A stretch of DNA of 63,779 bases, the filler included, from Octopus bimaculoides (taxonomy: Eukaryota): NCBI RefSeq assembly GCF_001194135.2. It is 5 parts of 4 records of this genome, joined end to end, with 100 filler letters (N's around TTAATTAATTAA, not from the genome) between each part and the next. Parts side by side here need not be neighbours in the genome. Positions count along the whole stretch, not along the records: positions 1 to 27,174 come from NC_068981.1; 4 more parts are not named here. The stretch is one strand, 5' to 3'. The position numbers and the translations under genes are program-made. The notes under the pieces were generated by a model, which did no database searches, was not told the origin of the DNA, and worked only from the letters and a program-made list of their open reading frames with translations. Each line of letters starts with the position of its first letter. Position 1 is the stretch's first letter. Shown in pieces: positions 1 to 11,854 of the stretch.

Positions 1-34
1 GATTATCAACAGACTCAACATGTCAATATTCGTG

Positions 35-124
<90 letters not shown>

Positions 125-597
125 TGTAGATGTAAATATTTTTTAAAAACCGTTATCTATATATATGTCTCTTGTTTCTATTTGTGTGCGTGTGCATGTT
201 AAATTTATTTGCCCGTATACGTGTTAATATTAAAACAAAAACTCTTCCTTGTGCATTTACTTTTGTTTTTATTTTCTGCGTGTATACGTCTGCTAATATG
301 TTTGATCACATGATAGTGCTAGAATTTATTTTACTTACTCTTGGTAATTATCTCGTGATATTTATTTTACTAAGGAAAACAAATATTATGAGATAATTAA
401 CACGGAAAACTTAGATTTGGTTTCTCCGTCTGACTTAATATTTCTCAAATTATTTATTCACTTAATAATAAAAAACTGAATAGTTTCTATAACAATAGAA
501 ATATGTGCAATTCTGATATCTCGCAAAACAATCCGACTGTTTCCAATTACACTGTACGTAAAATGAAATCTTCCAGTGGAGAAAAAGAGATAACACA

Positions 598-1110
598 CGC
601 TTACTCCCATTTTAACCTTGAAATTATATGGAAAAGAACTAACGCTAGAGACATGATTAATATTGACCACAGATTTTAAGAGAAAAATAAAAATATTGGT
701 TGTGATCGCAAATTCATAGATAACTGTCCACTTAATCTTTGCAACAGAAAAATGTAGTATATAGGTGCAAGGTAGAATCTGAGGGACTATATTATTATTA
801 CATAGGTAACACGGAAAATTTTATCAAGCGAAGAATCGCCAACCGCGAAAACACGTTTAGAAACAAAAATAAACCAACCAGCACCAGTCTAAGCAAATTT
901 ATTTGGGAATTAAAGGACAAAAATAAGGAGTTTAACCTAAATTGGGAAATAATCAGCCATGCTAGATCCTGTAAAATAGCTGACACCTATTGTAATTTAT
1001 GCATTCATGAAATCATCCAAATCTTAAAATCTAAGCACAGGCTCCGTAACAGTGAGCGTGAAAAAAAAGATAATCATGTACACATTCATATGAATATGTA
1101 TTTAAAGACT
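598..1110 (+). mobile_element. Penelope-like retroelement remnant: Cys-rich linker plus GIY-YIG endonuclease (frameshifted)
   Basis: Manual translation gives GCDRKFIDNCPLNL, then after a frameshift QQKNVVYRCKVESEGLYYYYIGNTENFIKRRIAN..TSTSLSKFIWELKDKNKEFNLNWEIISHARSCKIADTYCNLCIHEIIQIL. The VVY..YIG.T, LSK.IWELK and W.I....C.LC..E motifs are typical of the Penelope GIY-YIG domain. Confidence 0.85.
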
Positions 1111-1273
1111 ACAAATAAAAATAGAATGAAATAAAAAGTTGATTAGAATACAAATTGGATAATATAATAGATATAAATATTATTATGTAGTACAATTAAT
1201 ATATATATAGTTAGATAGATGTGTGTAAAAACTGCCTGTTGAAAGCAGTTTTCTCTTGTGTTTAAATGTACAC

Positions 1274-1319
<46 letters not shown>

Positions 1320-1522
1320 CTGTATATTATTGCTTGTTTATATGCTATATTAAAAACAGTTTTACATTTACATGAAAAATTACTAAATACATTTGGTAGA
1401 GTACAGATTTGTTATTCTTTAACACTAATATTGTTGACAGCCATTTCGAAGTTACTGTCAGGTAAAACTTCATTGGAAAGCTGAAACTTTAAAGTCACTA
1501 TCAATACTATTCTTGCAAAGAA

Positions 1523-1850
1523 ACCCATCCATCCATCCATCCTCTCCACCCACTATTCCTGGGAGCATCTGAGGGTTGAGCTCTCAGACGTCTCCTCCAT
1601 AGTGTCCTCTCAGAAGCAATTGTCATTAGAGTTTCCAGCTGGACTATGGATAATATCCGACCATCTCATTCTTGGTCTACTGCTATGTCCCCTGCCAGTT
1701 GGCTCAGCCTGGAGAATCTGTTTTGGAATTCTTTCCAGCAACATTCTAACCACGCGTCTGTAGTAGCGGAGCTATGACCTCTCAATGCAGAAAAGTAGTA
1801 AATGAGGCTGGAGAGATGTCCTGATCTCCTAGCTACTTTCTATTTTGATA
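1523..1850 (-). mobile_element. RTE-clade LINE 3' end with (GGAT)n tail
   Basis: The minus strand reads LRYYRRVVRMLLERIPKQILQAEPTGRGHSSRPRMRWSDII..ASERTLWRRRL, matching the RTE C-terminal pattern LRWxGHVxRM..R.PK..L...P.G.R.RGRPR.RW.D. It ends in a GGAT tandem tail at 1523-1541. Not in the ORF track. Confidence 0.8.
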
Positions 1851-1902
1851 TATAAGTTTGCAGAACTTCGAAATATCGTTTCAATATGTTAAAATATTTC
1901 AA

Positions 1903-2115
1903 AGACGGTGAGCCGATAGAATCATTAGTATGCGGGGTGAAATGCTTAGCGGCATTTCGTCCGTCTTCATTTTCTGAGTAAAAAATTCTATTCATGTCGA
2001 CTTTGTCTTTCATCTTTTCTGTGTCGATAAAATAAGTACTGTTTGAGAACTGGGGTCGATGTAATTGACTTACCCTCGCTCCTGAAAATGCTGGCCTTGT
2101 GCCAGCATTTTGGAA
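1903..2115 (+). mobile_element. SINE family A (tRNA-like head; core GTCGACTTTGCCTTTCATCCTTTCGGGGTCGATAAAATAAGTACCAG; tail GGCCTTGTGCCAAAATTTGAAAC)
   Basis: Aligns by eye to many other copies in this window. Confidence 0.85.
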
Positions 2116-2231
2116 GCAAGTATGTTAAGCATTTCGATTATGCCTACGATTTCGTTTGACAGTTAGGATTGTTGAAAGCGTAACACTCGAACACATATCG
2201 AGACAAGCAGCATAATAATATTTATTGATAT

Positions 2232-2385
2232 GGCGCTGGAGTGACTGTGTGGTAAGTAGCTTCCTAACCAACCACATGGCCCCTGCGTGGAACTCTGGGA
2301 AGATGTATTTTACTATAGCCTCGGGTCGGCCAAAGCCTTGTGAGTGGATTTAGTAAACGGAAGCTGAAAAAACCCAGACATATAT

Positions 2386-2438
<53 letters not shown>

Positions 2439-2640
2439 TTTGTGTTTGTCCCCCCGCCATCGCTTGACAACCGATGTTGGTGTGTTTACGTCCCCGTAAC
2501 TTAGCGGTTCGGCAAAAGAATCAATAGTACAAGTACTAGGCTTACAAAGAATAAGTTCTGGGGTCGATTTGTTCAGCTAAACACGGTGCTCCAGCATGAC
2601 CTCAATCAAATGACTGAAACAAATAAAAGAATAAAAGAAT
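2232..2640 (+). mobile_element. SINE family B (tRNA head, CORE-like domain, internal (TG)n, LINE-like tail ending TGACTGAAACAARTAAAAGA); resembles octopus OR-type CORE-SINEs
   Basis: Near full length, with matching copies at 20177, 29353, 39065 and 51572. The OR-type assignment is from recall. Confidence 0.85.
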
Positions 2641-3432
2641 GTGTGTGAAAAAGAAAAAAAAATTGTTGTGTGCATGTGTTTTCATAGGTGAGTATATATG
2701 TGTTTCTCTCTATATATCTGTGCGTGCGCGTCCTTTTCTTTGTTTCTGTAGAAGGAGTTTATCTATCCCATAGACAGACGCGTGTGACTGTGTATGTTCG
2801 TGCGTGTGAATACGTGTTAAAAATGCCGTTTCTTGTTTATCATCATTGATAAGTAAATTAGCAATCATTAGAAGCCTATATAGACAGATGCTAATCTCAC
2901 CAGCAGCGTACAACAACGGCAAGTGTTCGTGTGAAGCGAACAACAGCAGCATTGCATATGCATGCGTATGTATGTGCATGAAGTCAGTTAGCAACACACC
3001 ACGAACATCGGCTAAACTATATTAGCAACAGTTTCCTTAGATAACAACATTATTAAGCAATATGGACTGCAGTAACATTATTAACAACTTATAAAAACTA
3101 ATGAAACGCAGACACGTGTATGGCGGATAGAGTAAAACCACTTCACTGTGTTTACAGCAAAGCTCGTTCAGCTCACCCAACTACTTCCCTTCCTTTTCTC
3201 TTTCCCTCCTACCACTCGCTTTCTATGTTTCTGCCTCTCTCTCTCTCTCTCTCTCTCTCTTATATCTCTTCTCTCTTCTCTTCTCTCTTAGCTCTTTCCT
3301 TCTTTCTTTCCTTGATTCCATTCCTACCCATTCTCTCTCTTCTATCTTTTCCTTTAGATATCTGACATATTATTTGCTTTTATGGTAGTTTTTCATTTAC
3401 ATTTATTTATTTATTCACTTAATATTATTCTC

Positions 3433-3468
3433 ATTATTATTATTATTATTATTATCATCATCATCATC

Positions 3469-3563
<95 letters not shown>

Positions 3564-3569
3564 CATTAA

Positions 3570-3603
<34 letters not shown>

Positions 3604-3655
3604 GTTAGTAGTAGTAGTAGTATTGTTGTTGTTGTTATCATTATTATTATTGTTA
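3433..3655. repeat. Compound trinucleotide microsatellite (TTA)n(TCA)n(ATA)n(TTA)n(GTA)n(GTT)n
   Basis: Read directly from the sequence. Confidence 0.95.
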
Positions 3656-4602
3656 TTTATGTATGTCAGCATTTTTCACTTCTTCATTCCTCTCTTTCTT
3701 TTGACTATTTCGTTTCGTTCCCTTCTCTCATTCTTTCTCTCTTTAAATTATTCTTTATATTATTGTCTCTATTATCACTATTTTAAGACTATTATTATTA
3801 TTATCGCTGTTGTTGTTGCTGTTATTATTATTATATTTTATTCATATTTTTGTTTTCTTTTTCTTTTTAATGTTTCTATTTCCTATTCTTTCCTCTTTCC
3901 TGCTGTTTCTCACTTTCTTTTATTTTTCCATCTCTATTACTTTCACTTTCTCACTCCTTCCTCTCTTTCTCCTATCTCCATCTTCTCTTCATTCCTTCAA
4001 CCACACAATCTCTATCTCATCAACCCCTACCTCTATCAGCATTTTATATTTTCCTCTGTACTACTAAACAAATTCGCGAATGCGTGTGCAACTGATGTTG
4101 GATTTTAAACTCGTGTCGATGCCAGAAGATGATCGGTTTGTGCTAGTTTATTGCCAAAACTAGCTTCCTCTGATGGCTACTTTCAACTTCTAAACGACGC
4201 CATACGTCACGAAGGCGCTATAATCAGGACTAGTCATACATAAATTAATTTTGCCATAACATCTTGAACGTAGCGTGTTCCGTAGATTCCTGCTCGTAAA
4301 GTATGTCGGAACCATTCTCTTTCTTTCCCCCGTTCACCCACTCTAATATACACTGTATCACGCTCCCTCTCTCTTTCTCTTTCTCTCTCCCTCTCTCTCT
4401 ATCTATCTTCCTCACCTTAAGGGCAGCTATCATTTCTACGTCAGTCTGCCAAGATGTATTTTATTTTATCGCAACTACTGCCCAACTGGTTAACATTGAA
4501 CACATCACTTAGTATGGAAGCACGTTTCTGTGTATATTTGTGCATGTGGGTTTGTGTATGTGTGAAAGTGCATGTATTTGTTTGCGTTGTGCATGCACGT
4601 GA

Positions 4603-4643
<41 letters not shown>

Positions 4644-4682
4644 CATCTTAGAATATATACACACATCCACAAACACCACACC

Positions 4683-4713
<31 letters not shown>

Positions 4714-5106
4714 CATGTGTGTACATGCGTATATACATATGTATGTATGTGGGCGCATATATGTGTGTGTGTATGTATCTATATATACATACATATACAC
4801 ATGCATCAACATTTACACTAAGGAGTAAATGATGTGGGCTATATATACTGGCTTCAAAATCAAACGGTCAGTTAGTGGCACGTGCTTGGTCAGTTTTAGC
4901 TTCCTTGTTCAAATCCGTCCAACTACAGTCTGACTCCGAGCGCCGTTTCCCCTAACCATGATCTTGTCCAGTCACGACAAATAGTTTCTGGAAGATTAGC
5001 TTAAGAGATAAGGACGGGGATTTGAATAATGACAATGATGGTGATTGCTGTTTTGCTTGTCGTTCTTCACCTTCATAATGATGATAACGATGACGTTAAT
5101 GTAGAT

Positions 5107-5483
5107 CAGGAGTTCTCAACCATATTTTTATCTATCAACCCCTTTGATTACTATTTTCTTCTGATGTGCTCCTTTGATTACTATTTCATTCTGGTGGATT
5201 CCTATAGCCATTCGATGTTTAAATACTAGTTTTAAAGAAACTTCTTTCAAAATTCTTTATTCTTTTTCATGCATTAACTTTTGTAGGTTGAACCATGTAA
5301 AATGTCAGAGAAAGAAACCTAACTGTTTCTTGCAATACATACCAATAGATACATCTAATGCAAGCTTTTTTCAGGGCCCTTAAAATACTATTGTGGTTCC
5401 CGAATTTATTATTTTGTTACGTGGACCCCATAAATCTTATATGGACCCTAAGGGGCCATTTGGACCCCGGTTGAGAACCACTG
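5107..5483. mobile_element. Non-autonomous hAT (Charlie-like) MITE, 377 bp
   Basis: TIRs are CAGGAGTTCTCAACC (5107-5121) and GGTTGAGAACCACTG (5469-5483), 13/15 matching. There is a perfect 8-bp TSD ATGTAGAT at 5099-5106 and 5484-5491, and subterminal GGACCCC motifs. Confidence 0.9.
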
Positions 5484-5602
5484 ATGTAGATGAAGAGGAC
5501 TATAACGGCGAGTACAAAAATGACAACGGCCTGACAACATCGATGACGTCAAGGCTGATTATGATAAGGATAATGATGATGATGATGATGATGACACCGT
5601 CG

Positions 5603-5753
5603 CCAGGGTTAAACTGGTATTTATTTCATCGACACCAAAAGGATGGAACGTAAAATCGACCTCAGAGGAATTCAAACTCGGAACGTTGGGACGGACGAAA
5701 TACTGCCAAGTATTTTGTCCGGTTTGCTAACGTTTCTGCCAGCTCGCCACCTT
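5603..5753 (-). mobile_element. SINE family A, head plus core
   Basis: Reverse complement of the family A head and core. Confidence 0.8.
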
Positions 5754-6413
5754 ATATAAAGTTACAAATAATAACATGTAAATAATAGGATGAAAAACAC
5801 TCTTGGATAGAAAACGTCGAAGATTTCCTGTTGGATTCGAATGCACATCCGAAAACATAACAGACGTTCTGCCATGCCATATCTACAGGAGATGTGTGTT
5901 CGAGTCCCACGGACAATCTTCAACTTTTTCTCTCTCCAAAGGGGTTTTACATACTAATATTTAAATGCTATCATTTATAGCATTATATGTACTTTGAGAT
6001 CCAACTCACGAAATGAATTATTCTATGATCTCTCGAGAGTTTATAAATTCTTATGACGTCATCAGCTACATACATACATATACATGCATATATGTGTGTT
6101 TGTGTGGGTGCGTATGTATACATACATACATACATGCATACATACATACATACATACATACACACATACATACATATGAAGATAAAGAGAGAAAGAAAAA
6201 GGAAAAAGTGACCACATTCATGCAGCAACCAGCAAAATTCCACAAACAGTATATGTTGTATATGATAAGAACGAAATGCCCCCTGTTACAGAATAGAAGT
6301 ATACTTAAACAAAACAACATGAATCAGAACATAACATGCATCACACATAGCTACGAACTCATTGTTAATATTAACATTATTTACATTCGACGGATATTTG
6401 TCCTCATCCCGAA

Positions 6414-6459
6414 GATACCTGAAGAAGGCTGGAGGGTATATCAGCCGAAACGTTGTGTT
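6414..6459 (+). ncRNA. Minimal type I hammerhead ribozyme motif in a Penelope-like terminal repeat remnant
   Basis: Stem I is GATAC (6414-18) with GTGTT (6455-59), including 2 G-U pairs. The core CTGAAGA is at 6419-25, followed by an extra A. Stem II is GGCTG/CAGCC with a 10-nt loop, then GAAA at 6447-50. A palindromic AACGTT (6449-54) replaces stem III, and the predicted cut is after GUU at 6454. Confidence 0.7.
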
Positions 6460-7316
6460 AACAACAAACAAGATGAGGACACATATCCGTCGAATGTAAA
6501 TAACGTAAGTAATGTACGGAATTCCTCACCTCTTAAATATAGAACTGTATCATTGTTAATATATTTTACAAAAACAGATCTTCATAGCACCGAAAGTATT
6601 TCACAAAACTAATTGAATATACAATTTCAATGTAAACATGAAAGTTTTGAACTTCACGAGCCAGACCGTTACATATGATCATAAGTACAGCTTTTCTTGT
6701 CATTCGGCTAAGCATTAATAATGACCATTTGCAACGTATATATCATAGTAGAAGAAATATAACTGAGTAGAAAAACAGCGCTTGAGATAGAATTCTGCAA
6801 CTCTATCGTTCTTCGCGATCTATTCGTCTTTCCCAGCCGTAGCACAATGATACTTCTGAGAGGGTTGTGAATGGTGAATTTGGCAGTCATGACTGCTGGC
6901 GCTGTTGACGCCTAACCACACAGAAATCCTTCATAGTTCAATATAATTTCATACACATTATCTCCAGGGAGTAATTGCTCCCGACACTATATTCGCAGCG
7001 AAAGGTCTTCCCACGTTCCAGTGTACACGAACATGTTAAATATCATTGTATTCTGCATCACGTTACTCTATAAGAGATGTTACTGGGCATAAAGACGGCA
7101 GTAACTGGCTTATCAGCGTGTATACATTAATTATGAGACATGGATTTCNNNNNNNNNNCAGAAAACACATAGGCCACATAGAGAACATTTCCTTCATCAG
7201 CTGCCACAATTTTAAAATTAAGCGTTTCGAAGAGTTAGGGCAGGACGCATCGTTAGAATGGCTCTTCATACATACACTCACAAACACACAAACACACACA
7301 CATACATATGTATGCC

Positions 7317-7347
<31 letters not shown>

Positions 7348-7834
7348 AAATAAACATACATACATACATACAAACATACATATATAGGTATATATATATG
7401 TGTGTGTGGGTATGTGTGCGTGTGTATCTATCTATCTGTCTATCTATCTATCTATCTCTCTATCTATCTATTATCTATATATATATATANNNNNNNNNNN
7501 NNNNNNNNNNNNNNNNNNNNNNNNNNNNNNNNNNNNNNNNNNNNNNNNNNNNNNNNNNNNNNNNNNNNNNNNNNNNNNNNNNNNNNNNNNNNNNNNNNNN
7601 NNNNNNNNNNNNNNNNNNNNNNNNNNNNNNNNNNNNNNNNNNNNNNNNNNNNNNNNNNNNNNNNNNNNNNNNNNNNNNNNNNNNNNNNNNNNNNNNNNNN
7701 NNNNNNNNNNNNNNNNNNNNNNNNNNNNNNNNNNNNNNNNNNNNNNNNNNNNNNNNNNNNNNNNNNNNNNNNNNNNNNNNNNNNNNNNNNNNNNNNNNNN
7801 NNNNNNNNNNNNNNNNNGAGAGAGAGAGAGAGAG

Positions 7835-7858
7835 ATAGAGAGAGAGAGAAATAGACAG

Positions 7859-7920
<62 letters not shown>
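7835..7920. repeat. (GATA)n tetranucleotide microsatellite; similar arrays at 16408-16500 and 60230-60410
   Basis: Read directly from the sequence. Confidence 0.95.
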
Positions 7921-7921
<1 letters not shown>

Positions 7922-8981
7922 TGTGTGTGTGATATAGTTTATCCTGTGTTTTGTTAGAGATAGAGACAGTGGAATGGGTACCAGCGAAACGGTCGTTTGT
8001 TTTGTTACTAACCTTCTCCTCATTGTCTTTCTCCGTCCCTCATTTTATCACTCTCTATCTCCATCTGTCTAAGTCTTTCTCATTCCTTTGCCAGGAGGTA
8101 AATAACCATCTCTCTTCCCCCACGTTTCCCCCTTTGAACATCAGTGAAAGAAAATAAACACGTGATCCACTTTAACTATGTCATCTAAATAACATTCACA
8201 ACAGATTTTACGGTAAAACAAATAAAATATATCTCTGCAAGCTATATCGAGAATCTTTTTGCTTTTGCTTTGTGGTTTGCTTATCTATGTTTTTCTAAAT
8301 GTTTTTAATGCCTACGTCAAAGCAAGTAAATTGATAAATCAATACTTATCGCAATCACATGAACAGTAAACATATAAAACACACCTATAACAAAACGAAC
8401 CCTGGCACGCCATGTTAAGGTAATTTAAATGGCCGAAAGCTGCGGTAACAAAACTTGGTTGATAATCTATTATTAGGAGAATAGCTAAAATGGAAAGTCA
8501 ATAATAACCAGTGGTGATCCAATATTTTGAATGCCAAGCTCGTATTACTTCTACTGTCGCTCCATCACTATCATATTATATAATGTACACCCTGATAGCA
8601 TAAAAACACATGATGGTCATTTGAGCATATGTGTGTGCTCACTCGAGGTACATCTTGTTCGATGCTGATTTCTTCTGCAACGATTGAATTCGATATGAAA
8701 TAGAAAGTTCTAGAAACGGAAGATTCCGTAAGAAAAACAAAAAATTTAAGAAATAGACTGAAGATGCATAAAGTAAGTAAATAAATAAATGAATAAACAA
8801 ACAAACAAATAAATAAATAGGTGAGTACAAAATAAAATATGCACAGCGTATGTCCAAATAAAATTTAAACAGACATTAATAGGAGGAGGTAGCGCACAGA
8901 GATGTGTGTGTATGTGTTTGTGTGTGTGTTTGTGTGCGTGTGAGTATGTGTGGGCACGTGTGTGTCTGTGTGTATACGCAT

Positions 8982-9013
<32 letters not shown>

Positions 9014-9049
9014 ACGCGCGCATACACACACACACACATACACACATAC

Positions 9050-9095
<46 letters not shown>

Positions 9096-9595
9096 TCATG
9101 TATGAAAGTATGCTTCTCTGTTAAGTTGTAAATAAAACAATTTAATATTAAACTGAAGAATTATCCAATAACTATTTTAGTTCTGCATATGTTTATCAAA
9201 CTTTTACAAGGAAAACGTTGAGAGTGACTTCGAAACTGAAGTCAGACTGTATATATTATGTACACTATACGTATTCTGATCTTTAGGAACATTGTGCACT
9301 CAAAACTACCTTATACTTTACACTTGCTGGTCAGTTGGTAACTAACGAGCCCTGATCTTGACAAACATACACGATTGCAAACATTGCAGATCAAGCTTTC
9401 CCCATTTATTACATTATCTGTGCGTTTTTCTAGCAGCACGCTTACATTTTTCATGAAGAATACGTGCACTTTCAAAGGTATCGACGCCTTCCTTTACCTA
9501 TTTCCTCCATCCTTGGTGGTGGCCAGCATTGGTCTCCCAGTCGGCCTCCTGCATTTCACAGAGCTTTAATGGGCACTTTGTGTTGTGTGTTGTGT

Positions 9596-9837
9596 GTTGT
9601 CACAGTGTGACAAGGTTGACCCTTTGAAATACAGGCACAACAGAAATAGGAAGTAAGAGTGAGAGAAAGTTGTGGTGAAAGAGTACAGCAGAGTTCGCCA
9701 CCATCCCCTGCCGGAGCCTCATGGAGCTTTAGATATTTTCACTCAATAAACACTCACAACGCCCGCCCTGGGAATCGAAACCGCGATCCTATGAACGTGA
9801 GTCTGCTGCCCTAATCACTGGGCCATTGCGCCTCCAC
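9596..9837 (-). mobile_element. tRNA-headed SINE (family D), sharing a 3' segment with family C
   Basis: The reverse complement starts GTGGAGGCGCAATGGCCCAGTGATTAGG (A box) and contains GGTTTCGATTCC (B box). It shares TGTGACAAGG.TG.CCCTTTGAAATACAGG with family C. Confidence 0.75.
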
Positions 9838-10696
9838 AATGAGGACTTTACACAATCCTTAAATCGCAGAGTTGGCTTCTGCAAGTATGTATCCGCAGTC
9901 TTGGCTTCTGGTATATGTATATGTATATATATATATATAAATTTATTAAGGCAAGACATCTTCAAGTCATATATGTTATTATTATTAAAAATTATTAAGC
10001 AATCTTACACACACACACACACACACAGATAGGTAGATATACCTACGTATGTATATGTGTGTGCGCGTGCGTGTATTTGTGAGAGTGTGCGTATAAACAT
10101 GTGTATGCGTGAGTGAAGAGAGAAGGAGTGAAAGAGAGAGATGGGAGACAGAGTGCAAAAGAAATTAAAAGGAAGGAAGCTGAGAAAGTAGTGCGAATTT
10201 CGGGTGAACAATGAACAAAGAGCGGTAAAAACCAAAATCACTGAAGATCGTCATGTAAGAAAAGAAAAAGGAAAAAGACATAAACTTCGATCAGAAAGAA
10301 ATAAAGTAAAAATAAACGAAGACAAATAAGATTAAGCCATCTCTGTTAATAAATGAAATCATTTAATAGTTAATGAATGAATAAATAACGAGGAAATAGA
10401 ACGAAAGATATAAAACAGACAATAAAATGAAAGCAAGAAAGAGGTTGCTGAAATTTACGACCAAAATAGGAAGGACAATTTGCGAAAATTCAAATTGTTT
10501 TTGAGCCCATTATATTTATATTGATCTATCGCGCCATTATCATTATCGCTATCTTTTTTTATTACTCTTAGACATTTTTTTCTAACTTCTCTTTATAATT
10601 TTTATACCGAAAATTCTTACAGGCACTTTCGGAGCATCAAGTTCTCAGATGAGAAGCGTGGAGCATAGTCTGTCATGGAGTATTATAATCCTGATT

Positions 10697-10891
10697 AAGG
10701 CGGGAAGCTGGCAGAAACGTTTGCACGCCGAGCAAAATGCTTAGTGGCATTTCGTCCATCTTTACGTTCTGAGTTCAAGTTCCGCCGAGGTCGACATTGC
10801 CTTCTATCCTTTCAACCTCGATAAAATAAGTGGTAGTGTGAGAACTGGGATCGATGCAATAGACTCGCCCTTTTTCCCAAAAATTGCTGAC
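10697..10891 (+). mobile_element. SINE family A
   Basis: Head AAGGCGGGAAGCTGGCAGAAACG, B box GAGTTCAAGTTCC and the family core are present. Confidence 0.85.
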
Positions 10892-11817
10892 GCTCTACTG
10901 AATGTTCGTGGCTAGCAAGTGCGTCGACGTTCTCGAGGAAACTGGACGTCGACGAGAATCAACTCACTTGTGGGTTCCAGAAGACTTTTGGTCCGAGGCC
11001 TATGGATAATTTCCAGAAATCCTTGGCCTAGCAGTTCTACGAGGGACAATGATAGTTCGGGATAAACTCTACAGGCATAGGAGTACCATCAGTCGGGCTT
11101 AACTGTTCTACGCGCTCTTAAACAATGGTCGAGCATTGCTGACTTATAGGTTTATGTCGAATAGCTGCTATCACGCGTAAGACGGATCCGGCCATCGGCT
11201 GGGTCCATTGTGAATATCAACTAGGAAGATTAAAGGAGTAGAAACATTAAGTATGATCTAAAGTGGTCCATATTAGTTACGCACTATCGTACAATACTGG
11301 TAATTTGAAATGTGATGTCTGCCTTGAGGAAATGTATTACATAATTACTTTTAAATTAATATTATTGAATTATAAAGGTAATTTTACATTGAAATGTCGT
11401 CACTAATACAGAAAAGCATTTAAAATTTTCAATTCTAAATAATCCATTAAATACAAATGTTTTCATATAATATAATATGAATAATTTTTTTCGAAAAATA
11501 TTAAACATAAATAGATAACAAATTGTTGTGACGTAGAATATCTGTTTCTAATTGTCGTAATGGAGAATTCGTATGTTTAATTTTTTTCTTTCATTATCTA
11601 CTGACGTTCTCAGTAGTTACATACAAAACTGACTTTTCTTAGAATATTATATTTCTCCTTAACGTTCTTTTTGTATGCATTCGAGTATAAAAGATATTTT
11701 CTCAGTTCACATTGAATTTAATCAATTTTGGGTTGCGCTGATACGATCATCGGTATTGTATGGTGCAATTACCAATCAAAGATGTGATTTTCTCATTTTT
11801 ATTTTGTTCCCCCCCCC

Positions 11818-11854
<37 letters not shown>

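Noticed and set aside
7150-7260. CTGATGA and upstream GAAACG on the minus strand (related sequence at 59595-59720, +), a possible permuted hammerhead
   Set aside because: I could not build stems I and III, and the 59.6 kb copy lacks a positioned GAAA. These are probably Penelope-type tails, but a ribozyme is not supported.
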